Positions 29,997 through 39,545 are shown, counted from the first letter of the stretch. The stretch is 64,000 nt of DNA from Candidatus Freyarchaeum deiterrae (GCA_037305845.1 CP147778.1:2304001-2368000); one strand, 5' to 3'. Numbers and translations: made by a program. Notes: generated from the sequence alone by a model not told the origin.

Positions 29997-31031
29997 TCAC
30001 CAAACTATTAGCACCGCGGTTAAAATAGCTAATATGGCACTTAGAGCGCTTAGTAAGTAAAGCCCCTTAACGATCTCCGGTTCAGTTAGAGGCCCTCTTG
30101 CAAGCATCATGCGCGCCAAGGGTATTGGAGCCTTCGAGCTTTCATTGGCTGCGATTCTGCCATCCTTGAGGAGTATTGTTGCTGGCTCTTTAACTAGTCT
30201 GTACTCTTGAAATTTACGCATACTTGTCAACATGTAGAAAGAATTCATTATGAAAGGTATCAAGGCAATGATGGTGACCAGCTCCAACTGTCCCACAACA
30301 GCGAGGGCACCAATAGCGGCGCCCACGGTTAAAGAACCTACATCGCCAGAAAAAGTCTTCGCCGGATATTTGTTGAACCTATAATAGGCTATCATTACTC
30401 CCAGCATTACTACCGATATTATCACGCCGGTCTTAGAATCTAGAAGAACTGAGCAACAAAGCATGGCGCCGAACGTTATTATAGTTGTACCGGGCATAGC
30501 TCCATTCATAATATCCAACATGTTTACAGTATTCGAACAGACCGCCACATTCACCGGAACATAAATTGGATAGAGATAACTTAATCTGGTACTTCCAATA
30601 AAGGGAAAACGAGGGGAGTAAACCAGGATAGGAAAGAAAAAGTTGATTATCAGCAGGGGAGCGGCTGCAATTACTGTAAGCAGGGTTTTTGTATAGGCGC
30701 CCAATCTTTTTAAATCATCGACCATCCCCACCGCACCAGTGGCAGCTACGGTTAATAAAAATGCCAGTAGCCTCAATCTAATTATATTATCCTCAAACGG
30801 AATGATCATTATCATTATGCCCAAGGTTACGCTTATTAAAATCGCGATTCCACCCATCTCTGGAATCTTGGGTTTATTAAGTTTATGTACATCACTCCCT
30901 ACAATTTTTAACGATTTCATCTTTCGCATAACGCGAGGAACCAAAAAATTACAAATCAAAAGAGAGGCGAAGAACCCAATCACTAAAAATAGTATTTCAA
31001 TGGGTTCAAGGTTTATCATTTTTACTGTCAC
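29997..31031 (-). CDS. aglH: UDP-GlcNAc:dolichyl-phosphate GlcNAc-1-P transferase (AglH/Alg7, MraY superfamily)
   Basis: G.DVHK...PEMGG, GMVDD, N.VNMLD..NG and F.GDVG; many TM helices. Confidence 0.88.
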   Translation of the reverse strand: MTVKMINLEPIEILFLVIGFFASLLICNFLVPRVMRKMKSLKIVGSDVHKLNKPKIPEMGGIAILISVTLGIMIMIIPFEDNIIRLRLLAFLLTVAATGAVGMVDDLKRLGAYTKTLLTVIAAAPLLIINFFFPILVYSPRFPFIGSTRLSYLYPIYVPVNVAVCSNTVNMLDIMNGAMPGTTIITFGAMLCCSVLLDSKTGVIISVVMLGVMIAYYRFNKYPAKTFSGDVGSLTVGAAIGALAVVGQLELVTIIALIPFIMNSFYMLTSMRKFQEYRLVKEPATILLKDGRIAANESSKAPIPLARMMLARGPLTEPEIVKGLYLLSALSAILAILTAVLIVW

Positions 31032-31195
31032 CCTCTTAAATAATCCAAGATAAGGCTTTTATACCAAATCAAACTATTCATCAGTAAAAATTGCCAAAAC
31101 ATTTATGCGAATTAGGTAATAACCTTTATGTCCTTAAGATAATCCATATATATTCTTCAGTATAATTATAATCAGCCTTTGCCGAAGGTGATTAC

Positions 31196-32941
31196 TTGCG
31201 AAAAAGCACAGGTGCGATGCTGCTGATACTATTAATCATTACAATGGGTTTAACCGCAATCATAGCACTAAACAACAACAACAATATCGGTTATACGCCT
31301 TTCATTCAAACCAATAACAAAGTAATACCCAAAAATATTACAAGCGCGTCTACCAACAATCTAACCAACAGTCTGGTACTAAGAAATATTTCAATAAATA
31401 ACTTCGGGATAGCAACCATTACCGACGTTATCACAGTAAGGAACGACGGTATAGATACTGCAACATTCGCAGATGTCTTCTATACTGCGGATGTATGGTC
31501 TAAACTCCTTACATCTAGCGCTCAGTTCGGAAATATTCAACTGAGCACCCAACAAATTTCTTCGGGCGGAATTAACGGTACCAGAATACTGTTCAGTAAC
31601 TCAGTAGCCCCCGGGGAAAACTACACATTCGCATTAGTGCAATATTTTGATGGAACACTTACGAGTGTTGCTATTCCATCTTTTGGAAATGTATCAGAAT
31701 TCGATTTTCCAGCTAGCCCCTATTCACCTTACACGATAGAAGTATGTAATGTTTCGATTGCATTACCTAAAGGTGCACAAACCCCCTTCTCACTTACAGC
31801 CAATTTTACTAACCTTACACCTTTCAATACCAACAACACACTATCAACAGAATTCGTGTTCACAGATGGAAGCTCCATCATATCACTTAAAACGGTTTAC
31901 AGACAGATAACAGTGGATCCTTGGCGTGGAATAACTGTAACAGAAACCAACTTCATAGAAAACGCGGCTCCCGCGAATCTTACCAAAATCTATTTCAAAG
32001 CCGCTTCCGGCACAGTACAGTTAAAAGCTTATGATTCCGCAGGATCAATACCAGCTTGGATTAGTGGTGACAGTGTCATAATAACCCCCCACTACCCAGT
32101 TCCGCCAAATGGAACTTACGCCTATTATGTGATCTACTCCATTCCAATTGACTTTTCACAAGTGGGCAGCTCCGGTTCATACCTGTTTGCGTTCAACATT
32201 CTGCCCAGTTACGGAGCATTAATTGACAACTTTTACGTATCGCTAACATTCAACAACTTCGCGAGCATATCATCACAGAGCCCCCCGACAATCTCTATAT
32301 CCTCCTCAATTGCTGAGAACACTTATCTTTACTCTTTTAACAATGTCCTTCCCACCCAAAACGTGGAAGCCTACGCTACATACAGTATTGGTTTGCCAAC
32401 AACATACCTCCGTCCACTCGTCTTCATGTTAATCTTCGGATCTATAGCAATAGCCTATGTAGTTATCAGATCACGCCGCGTAGAAGAAGCTGCGCCCATC
32501 ATAGTAAGCCCTGCAGAAGTTGTGGCTCCCGTTCTTCGCGAATTCTGCGACCTGTACGAAGAAAAGAACTCACTAATACTCGAAATGGACAGTTTACGCG
32601 AGGATGTTCTTAGAAAAAAGATTAGAAAAATAGAATACAATCAGAGAGCCAGAAACTCTGAAAAAGAGATATCCAGACTTAGCATACAGATAGACCAGAA
32701 AAAAACAGAAGTGCTAAAATCAAACAATAAATTCGAGTCGGATTTCAGTTTCTTGGAAATAAACGAGGCTGACCGAGACCATGCCAAAATAACGCTCCAG
32801 CACCTTAAACGAAGATACTTTATGAAACGCTTATCCAAAGAAACATACATCAAACTCAGCGAGGAACAAGAAAAGAAACTCAACAAGGCAGAATCCAACA
32901 TAGACAAGAAAATTCAAGACCTACGCAGAGAAGCAAGCTAA
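31196..32941 (+). CDS. Ribophorin I (OST1)-like protein
   Basis: Signal anchor, beta-rich luminal domain (SPY motif, R.ITVDPW.GITVTE), one TM helix and a helical cytosolic tail. Confidence 0.75.
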   Translation: MRKSTGAMLLILLIITMGLTAIIALNNNNNIGYTPFIQTNNKVIPKNITSASTNNLTNSLVLRNISINNFGIATITDVITVRNDGIDTATFADVFYTADVWSKLLTSSAQFGNIQLSTQQISSGGINGTRILFSNSVAPGENYTFALVQYFDGTLTSVAIPSFGNVSEFDFPASPYSPYTIEVCNVSIALPKGAQTPFSLTANFTNLTPFNTNNTLSTEFVFTDGSSIISLKTVYRQITVDPWRGITVTETNFIENAAPANLTKIYFKAASGTVQLKAYDSAGSIPAWISGDSVIITPHYPVPPNGTYAYYVIYSIPIDFSQVGSSGSYLFAFNILPSYGALIDNFYVSLTFNNFASISSQSPPTISISSSIAENTYLYSFNNVLPTQNVEAYATYSIGLPTTYLRPLVFMLIFGSIAIAYVVIRSRRVEEAAPIIVSPAEVVAPVLREFCDLYEEKNSLILEMDSLREDVLRKKIRKIEYNQRARNSEKEISRLSIQIDQKKTEVLKSNNKFESDFSFLEINEADRDHAKITLQHLKRRYFMKRLSKETYIKLSEEQEKKLNKAESNIDKKIQDLRREAS

Positions 32942-33183
32942 ACCGCATCTTTCCATCTTTATTCTAAAACACACTTTTCAATTTACATTTTTATTCATCA
33001 AGCTTACTTTACTTAATACACCGCGTTTCGGTAACTATTTTTGAATTTGGAAAGACTCTTCGATGAATATGCGGCTTCCCGTTTGATGGTTTTTCAAGCT
33101 CAACAATACTTCTAGATGGTTTCTTGAAATCCTATTCACACTATTTGAAAATGAGAATCGAGAATTAGAAGAATGAAGAATAT

Positions 33184-33289
33184 TGGTAGCGCCGCGCAGA
33201 TTCGAATTCCGCGGCCACACAAAAGCTGTAGCTACTCTGCGGTCTCGGGGTCCAAAGCCCCATATGCTTGTCCTCTACACCACGGCGCT
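33184..33289 (-). tRNA. tRNA-Gln(UUG) with encoded CCA and a 30-nt intron at position 53/54 (intron 33207-33236)
   Basis: Acceptor AGCGCCG/CGGCGCT (A1-U72), anticodon arm TGGGG-CTTTGGA-CCCCG, and T-arm CGCAG/TTCGAAT/CTGCG after intron removal. Confidence 0.93.
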
Positions 33290-33319
33290 CCGAGAACTGG
33301 ATAAGAAATCTTACAGTTA

Positions 33320-33334
33320 TTTTATATATTTTTC
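33320..33334 (-). promoter_or_regulatory. BRE/TATA promoter of tRNA-Gln
   Basis: GAAAAAATATATAAA on the minus strand about 30 nt upstream of the tRNA 5' end. Confidence 0.6.
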
Positions 33335-33399
33335 TACTTTTTAACTGTTATCATTAGGATGCCAACATTATTGATTAGAGTCCAGGATACCGTTTGAAC

Positions 33400-33613
33400 C
33401 TAATCTTCTTCTATGGAGATAGCTCCCGCCTCACACTGTATCTCACATGCCCTGCAAACCAAGCACTCTTCTTCGGCCGCCGCCTTTGCTAAACCATCCT
33501 TAAGCTTGTAAACCGCAGCGGGGCAAATTTTTACGCGGTCAGACTATGTCTTGTACCTTTACGCATACCCCGCAGCCAGTGCATTTGTTCTTATCCACTC
33601 TAATTTTCACCAT
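33400..33613 (-). CDS. 2x[4Fe-4S] ferredoxin, 61 aa, split by a 28-nt BHB intron: join(33559-33613, 33400-33530)
   Basis: Spliced product MVKIRVDKNKCTGCGVCVKICPAAVYKLKDGLAKAAAEEECLVCRACEIQCEAGAISIEED; RBS GAGGTG upstream. Confidence 0.85.
33531..33558 (-). other. Candidate BHB mRNA intron AGGTACAAGACATAGTCTGACCGCGTAA
   Basis: GCGU/GCGU central helix with two AAA bulges, an intron hairpin and an 8-bp exon helix; removal restores the frame. Confidence 0.8.
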
Positions 33614-33749
33614 TTTCTGGGCACCTCATTAATTTGTTGGCTCAACAAGTGGAGACTATAAGTGATTCTTTTGTACTAATTATTTATTTTCTTAATAGGG
33701 CTGAAATTCTCATAAAAAAGAGAATTAGGGCATTCAACTATTTTTTTTC

Positions 33750-34361
33750 CTACTTTAAGTTGAAAGGCTTTCCCTCGTTTAATACCTTTTTGGGAATTTT
33801 ATCCTTCCACTTCTCCAGAAAGGCTTTGTCATCCTTAGCCTCACGAAGATCGTCGGGTAACATGTGGGGAATTGTTTCTATTACTGGGTACCATCTGCCG
33901 CACTTGTCACAGAGTATTACTCCCTCCTCAACTTCGGCTCTGTACAACAGCCAGTTTAACAGGTGTATATCCAAGTTGAGTTCAGGAGTGAGACTAGAAG
34001 GGAGCTTACCCTTTTTTATTTCCAGAGCGCTTTTTATCAACTGTACTGACGGGGCATCGCTTAAATCCTCAATTGTCATTAATATGTCCAATTTTTCGGA
34101 GAATGTTTCCAGATATTCTTGGAGGGGGACTGGTTCCCTAGTCATTTCATCCTCAATCTTAACTGTGGACCCTGATTGATCTGTTTTAATCCTGTCCTTC
34201 AACTCCTTTTTTAGGAAGTTCGAGTCTTTCTTTTTGAGATCCTCATTGACTTTCTGGAAGTCCTCCTTTTTTGTTTCCCATGTGAAAATTTTGAGCTTTA
34301 GAGGATAATTTTTACAACCACTTATCGGGCAAGCTAAGATATCTAACAACCAAAGCTTCAT
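33750..34361 (-). CDS. Trm112-family methyltransferase activator with a long insertion
   Basis: LLDILACP...EVEEGVILCDKCGRWYPVIETIPHMLPD. Confidence 0.85.
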   Translation of the reverse strand: MKLWLLDILACPISGCKNYPLKLKIFTWETKKEDFQKVNEDLKKKDSNFLKKELKDRIKTDQSGSTVKIEDEMTREPVPLQEYLETFSEKLDILMTIEDLSDAPSVQLIKSALEIKKGKLPSSLTPELNLDIHLLNWLLYRAEVEEGVILCDKCGRWYPVIETIPHMLPDDLREAKDDKAFLEKWKDKIPKKVLNEGKPFNLK

Positions 34362-34578
34362 TTTTTAAACCTCTCTGATAATTATTAGTTTTCATTCTTG
34401 TTTCATTTTATATTCGTAGTATTAGATTACTGGTTTTAAATTAATTCTGCGTCAATGTTTCACTACATACCAGTAGCGTTGGTATGCCCTAGTGCTGAGG
34501 GCAATGTATTAACGATAAGATAAAAATTTAATATAAAAACTTTTGTATAAATTTCTTTGTCAAACAAATTCCAGCAGA

Positions 34579-35718
34579 TTATATTCTTGTTCTTACTGTG
34601 CCGCTTATTCGACCTTTAACCCAAAGGTCCGGCCAAATTCTTGAACCTGGCAAAACTGTGCTCGAATCTGCAATTACACAGTTGGGCCCCACAACTGCTA
34701 ATTTACCTATATCCACCTTGTTTCCTACTTCACAATTTTCAGCTATGATACATTCTTGGAGGTGTGCACTAGAAGCGATTATTGAATCTTGATACATTAC
34801 TGCCTTGTCAACTTTGGTATAACTACCTATAGTTACCCCCGACTTCACTATTGAACCGGGTTGAATTTGAGCGCCTGCTTCTATTGTGCAATCGTTTTCA
34901 ATAATTACCGGACCCTCAACTTTCGTACCTTTTTTAATAACAGTGTTTTCTCCGATGTAGACTGGGCCTTCTACTTTCCCCTCTATTTCAGCGGTTTCAC
35001 TAATATACTTGTTTATTTGGTTAACAATCCATTCTGTAGCTTTCATATAACCCTCGGGTTTCCCCACATCTACCCAAAACCCTTCAGCCCTATAACCATA
35101 GATCCGCTTACCCCTCTTTAGCAACTGGGGAAACAAATCTTTTGCAAAATCAAAAGGAGTGTTTGCAGGAATGTAATCCAAAATCTCGGGTTCCAGAACG
35201 TAGAGACCCGTGCTGGCGAGGTTGCTAAAACATTCATCAGGTTTTGGCTTTTCAAGAAATTTCTTGACCTGATTTTTTCTGTTTAACTCCGCAATGCCGA
35301 ATTGCCACGGGTTTTCAACATCGATGAGTGAAATTGTGGCTATACCCTTCTTTTCCTTATGATATTTCAGGGCTTCTGCGAGACTTATCTCTGTAATGTT
35401 ATCTGCCTGTATTATACCAAAGGGTTCGTCGAGATATTTTTCAGCGTTTTTGACGGATCCCGCGGTTCCGAGCGGTTCATTCTCTTTCGGATAATATAGT
35501 TTTACACCGAACTCTTGTCCGTCTCCAAAATAATTCTTTATTTTTTCTTCTAGATAGTTAGTCGTGATAATAATCTCATCAAAACCTCTTTTACTAAGGG
35601 AGTCAATTATCCAGTGTAAGACTGGTTTATCGCAAATAGGTAACATGGTTTTCGGTGTAGTATACGTCAAAGGACGTAATCTTGTGCCATAACCACCCGC
35701 TAGAATAACTGCTTTCAA
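34579..35718 (-). CDS. NDP-sugar synthase (sugar-1-phosphate nucleotidyltransferase with LbH domain)
   Basis: LAGGYGTRLRPLT, EPLGTAG, FLEKP and hexapeptide repeats. Confidence 0.93.
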   Translation of the reverse strand: MKAVILAGGYGTRLRPLTYTTPKTMLPICDKPVLHWIIDSLSKRGFDEIIITTNYLEEKIKNYFGDGQEFGVKLYYPKENEPLGTAGSVKNAEKYLDEPFGIIQADNITEISLAEALKYHKEKKGIATISLIDVENPWQFGIAELNRKNQVKKFLEKPKPDECFSNLASTGLYVLEPEILDYIPANTPFDFAKDLFPQLLKRGKRIYGYRAEGFWVDVGKPEGYMKATEWIVNQINKYISETAEIEGKVEGPVYIGENTVIKKGTKVEGPVIIENDCTIEAGAQIQPGSIVKSGVTIGSYTKVDKAVMYQDSIIASSAHLQECIIAENCEVGNKVDIGKLAVVGPNCVIADSSTVLPGSRIWPDLWVKGRISGTVRTRI

Positions 35719-36382
35719 GAAACTACCTCCCTTCTAAGACCAAACCAGCATTTTTATTGTTATTATCAGGTAAACGTAATTTTGTTTCTAGTTTACCTCT
35801 TCGATTGTAATCTCTTACACTAGGTAAGATTGTGATGCTGTAAAACTTATTGTATTGTTGTTTTCTGAATTAACCTCTCCCACGATATAAATGTAGTGGT
35901 TAGATTCCGGAAATATTTTTCAAGCGCGTAATTGGAATTAACAAGGTTGATTTTTAACTTCCACCTTCTAGAGAAATATAACAAGTATAATCTATGGAAA
36001 AGCAAAAAAGTTAATGGATAAAATAAAACCAATATACAAAACCTTACGCCATCGGCTCTTTATCTGAGGAAGATTAGGCGCCAAGATTACTTTTATTTCA
36101 AAATTTTAAAGGCCAAGAAAATCGGGATACGGATAATCGGCGCATTTTTTTCAATAATAGTCTTATTTTACTATTTATCTTCAATTTCTAAATTAATAGG
36201 GCACGACACTAAGTTTTCATCGAATTAAAAAATTTATTAACGGGGGGATACTAGAAAATTTAATAATATGGGAGCTCTTTCTCTTATCCATGCTTTTTAC
36301 TGAATAAGGGAGACCCAGGGTATTTGTGGGCGACATATATAACATGACTGAGCATAGTTCTAGAAACATTGGTGGGATTTAA

Positions 36383-38563
36383 TTGGTTGCAAGTCTGGAA
36401 AAGATAAAGGGTATAGGCAAAAAAGTAGAGGAAAAGTTAGTGGAACACTTTGGATCAGAAGAAGAAGCGCTTGATGCCGTTTTAAATGGAAGAATATCCG
36501 AAATAGGCGGAATTCCCGGCATAGGCCTGGGTAAGGCGCTACAAATCGTAAAGAACGCCTATGAAGAGGTAGAAGGTGTAACTTCTTCTCAAGTTCTTAA
36601 AACCGATGATATTCAGGAAATTTATGATCACATACTAGAAATAGTCCGATCCTATGCCAGAACAACATACGGTAAAGATAAAATGGCGCTTTACTGGCCC
36701 CTCCCTCCCTCCAAGATAGATAAGATAAAAAACAATTTGACTCGTTTTATCGAGTCTAAGGAAATTATTGAAACCATAGGGAAAGAAAAAGTTGATGAAA
36801 TATCCGAGTTACTGGGCGCCCTTGCTCCCCTTAAAAAGGGTATGATTAAAAAGAAGATAGAGGGTAGGACGATTCTCACAAAAAGTGAAGAGACTTACAA
36901 AGAAATACGAAAACAAAAAATTGAACACTACTGCAATGTAGCTTTATTAGACCCCAATGAAAAAACCGCGGAATACGCCCAGGGATACGACCTAGCTTTG
37001 TACATACCGTCAACCGGCGGTGATTATGACAGTTCACTTGATTATGCTGAAAACGTTTTCATGATCCCCAAAGAATGGACCGCAAACGATTTGGTTCCAG
37101 AATTAACCATCGAATTTTATTCGGTAAACTACAAGGTCATAAATGCCGCCTGTGAGCTGGCTAAAACAATTAACACTCTCCCGGACGGAGAAGCCCTAAA
37201 TGAATTCAAGTCACAACTGGATATTCAAGTCTTAGAAGAAGTGAAAACTCTTCTCGGATTAATTACCGAAGAGGGCCGCGTATCCGAAGGATACAATGCT
37301 GAACTGGATAGATTCGGGAAGGCGTTAGCAAGTTTTGACACCGCGGTAATGGACACAGAAACCTGGTTAAATGACGAGATAAGAAAAAGACTATCTGACA
37401 GCGAAGCAAAACTCGGAGGAGAACAGATAATCAAGATTCTTGAAGCGGCGAGAAAAGACTCCATCGAAGCGGGGAGTCTTAAAAGTTACCTTCCAGGTGA
37501 GGTTAGTGACATTATAATAGACACCATGGGAAAAGCGGAAGACAGATTTTGCAAAATTCTAAATCTAACTTCCAAGGAAATAGCTTGGATAGATGGAATA
37601 TTCCCCACAGAAATTTTATTGCCCTTGGAACTAAATCGCTCCAAGACAATTGAATTAGAAAACACTCTGCGTAAACAATACAGTATTAAAGAATACACGA
37701 TATTAAGAGAGATCGCGGACAAACTTTCAAAATACATGGTAGTAGTAAGAAAGGCAGTTCAATCGGTTCTCGAATTCGACTTATTCTTCGCCGTAGGCTT
37801 ATTCTCCAAGGATTACGAGCTTAACATCCCAAAAATTCAAACCGAAAGCTGCGGAATTGGATTCGAAGGCGGACAGAATATCTTCCTAAAGGAGAACGAG
37901 CTCAAGGGAAAAGACAAAGTTGTTCCCATTAACTACATAGTAGGCGACCCCGGCTTCAAAATGGATGACACAAAGGGAGAACGCGTTGTAATGCTCTCGG
38001 GTGCAAATTCCGGAGGGAAAACCATGACCATCCACCTAATAGCCCAAATAGCCATACTATCTCAGATGGGATTCCCGATTCCAGCAAAGAAAGCAAGCGT
38101 AAGCATATACGACGAACTGTTTTACTTTGGAAAATCTCAAGGAATGGTCTCCGCGGGAGCTTTAGAAACAACGCTCAAAAGATTCGTATCCATAATAACT
38201 GATCCGGCTTCCAAACTCGCGTTATTCGATGAAGTGGAAGCCATGACCGAGTCAGGGGCAGCAGCCAAAATTATTGCCGGGATACTAGACATCATGTTCG
38301 AAAACAAAAGTACATGCGCAGTTTTCGTTAGCCACTTATCTCAGGAAATAATAGACCTAACCAAAACTCCCATCAGGGTGGACGGTATCTCTGCCAAAGG
38401 GCTTGACGAAAACCTTAACCTCGTAGTTGATAGAACACCAAGATTTAACTATCTAGCCAAATCAACACCAGAACTAATACTACAAAGATTATACTCCCTC
38501 TCCAAAGGCGAAGAAAAAGAGGTTTTCGGAAACATCCTAAAAAAAGTGAGCGAAAAAGAATAA
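36383..38563 (+). CDS. Archaeal MutS-family ATPase with N-terminal HhH motifs (MutS5-like)
   Basis: IKGIG/IPGIG HhH, SGANSGGKT, AGALE and FDEVE. Confidence 0.85.
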   Translation: MVASLEKIKGIGKKVEEKLVEHFGSEEEALDAVLNGRISEIGGIPGIGLGKALQIVKNAYEEVEGVTSSQVLKTDDIQEIYDHILEIVRSYARTTYGKDKMALYWPLPPSKIDKIKNNLTRFIESKEIIETIGKEKVDEISELLGALAPLKKGMIKKKIEGRTILTKSEETYKEIRKQKIEHYCNVALLDPNEKTAEYAQGYDLALYIPSTGGDYDSSLDYAENVFMIPKEWTANDLVPELTIEFYSVNYKVINAACELAKTINTLPDGEALNEFKSQLDIQVLEEVKTLLGLITEEGRVSEGYNAELDRFGKALASFDTAVMDTETWLNDEIRKRLSDSEAKLGGEQIIKILEAARKDSIEAGSLKSYLPGEVSDIIIDTMGKAEDRFCKILNLTSKEIAWIDGIFPTEILLPLELNRSKTIELENTLRKQYSIKEYTILREIADKLSKYMVVVRKAVQSVLEFDLFFAVGLFSKDYELNIPKIQTESCGIGFEGGQNIFLKENELKGKDKVVPINYIVGDPGFKMDDTKGERVVMLSGANSGGKTMTIHLIAQIAILSQMGFPIPAKKASVSIYDELFYFGKSQGMVSAGALETTLKRFVSIITDPASKLALFDEVEAMTESGAAAKIIAGILDIMFENKSTCAVFVSHLSQEIIDLTKTPIRVDGISAKGLDENLNLVVDRTPRFNYLAKSTPELILQRLYSLSKGEEKEVFGNILKKVSEKE

Positions 38564-38687
38564 ACAAACCAAATTCGGCGAATCATTCTTTTAATTTTTT
38601 AATCAAAACTTTTTTGAAATATGAAACCGCTCACGAATCGGCTGACTTTAAACAAGCCCAAAAAATATTTTTTTAGTAATTGAGATT

Positions 38688-39545
38688 TCAACCACCGGCT
38701 TCTATCCTGATTTTGTCTCCTACCTTCAGACCCAGCTTATTAGCGGCGTTGCCCTGATTTATCGATATCTCCAAAAAGTCATAACTTCCAATAACACAAA
38801 CATAGTCCCCTCCCTTAACATAACCATATGCTCTTTTGAATGGAGAGCTAATTCTTTTGCCACCAATACTGACATTCATGTTGATATCATATTTTACATT
38901 GATTTTCTCCAAGTCTTTTTCAGTTATATTAGTTATACCATTACCAAACTGATCGATATGTATAATCTCCCCCAAAATCACTCCATCTTCAACAATAGAT
39001 TTTTGAAAGCTCCAACGAATATAGTCGTTAATTTTAGGGCCTACCAGTCGAGGTTTGACTCCATTTGCCAAGTGTGCCGCTACCGGTGAAAAAATAGTTA
39101 AACCGTGAAAAGTATGTGTTTTCTTTTTGAGCATTAGCTCCTCATTTTTGATTTCATAAACATTCTTAACGCCCTCTCTATCCATGAAGAGTGAAAAGAG
39201 ACCATTATCCGGACCGACAGCCAAGAACCGTTCAGTTTCCACAACTATTCCCCTTCTCTCCGTGCCCACACCCGGATCAACTACACATACAAAAATAGTG
39301 CCCTTCGGAAAATAGGATGCCGCCGAAGCAAAAACAAAAGCACCGTCCTTTATATCAAAAGAAGGAACTTCATGAGAAATATCAATTATCTGAGCCTCCG
39401 GACATATGCCCAGTATTGTACCCTTCATAGCTGCTACCGACGATTCCTTAAACCCAAAATCGGTCAATAAAGCAATAACCCTCAGCTTCGCCATTAAATG
39501 GACACCCCTTCCTAACATTAGTTTAACATAATATTCATGAGTCAT
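38688..39545 (-). CDS. SAM hydroxide adenosyltransferase (DUF62, chlorinase/fluorinase family)
   Basis: LLTDFG, VVDPGVGT, GPDNG, TFHG and HIDQFGN. Confidence 0.92.
   Translation of the reverse strand: MTHEYYVKLMLGRGVHLMAKLRVIALLTDFGFKESSVAAMKGTILGICPEAQIIDISHEVPSFDIKDGAFVFASAASYFPKGTIFVCVVDPGVGTERRGIVVETERFLAVGPDNGLFSLFMDREGVKNVYEIKNEELMLKKKTHTFHGLTIFSPVAAHLANGVKPRLVGPKINDYIRWSFQKSIVEDGVILGEIIHIDQFGNGITNITEKDLEKINVKYDINMNVSIGGKRISSPFKRAYGYVKGGDYVCVIGSYDFLEISINQGNAANKLGLKVGDKIRIEAGG

Noticed and set aside
33035-33220. 61-aa ORF
   Set aside because: Overlaps the tRNA gene; no protein features
33539-33541. In-frame TGA in the ferredoxin read as selenocysteine
   Set aside because: It is not at a Cys-motif position, and readthrough would remain out of frame because the insert is 28 nt
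33400-33613. Ferredoxin as a simple pseudogene with a transposon footprint
   Set aside because: Disfavoured but not excluded: both exons and the RBS are intact and the insert boundaries match BHB cut sites
33634-34179. 181-aa plus-strand ORF and the many other antisense ORFs in the track
   Set aside because: Shadows of well-supported genes on the opposite strand
35719-36382. Long intergenic region as a hidden gene or ncRNA
   Set aside because: Only a weak hairpin near 36280-36310; no recognisable coding remnant or RNA motif
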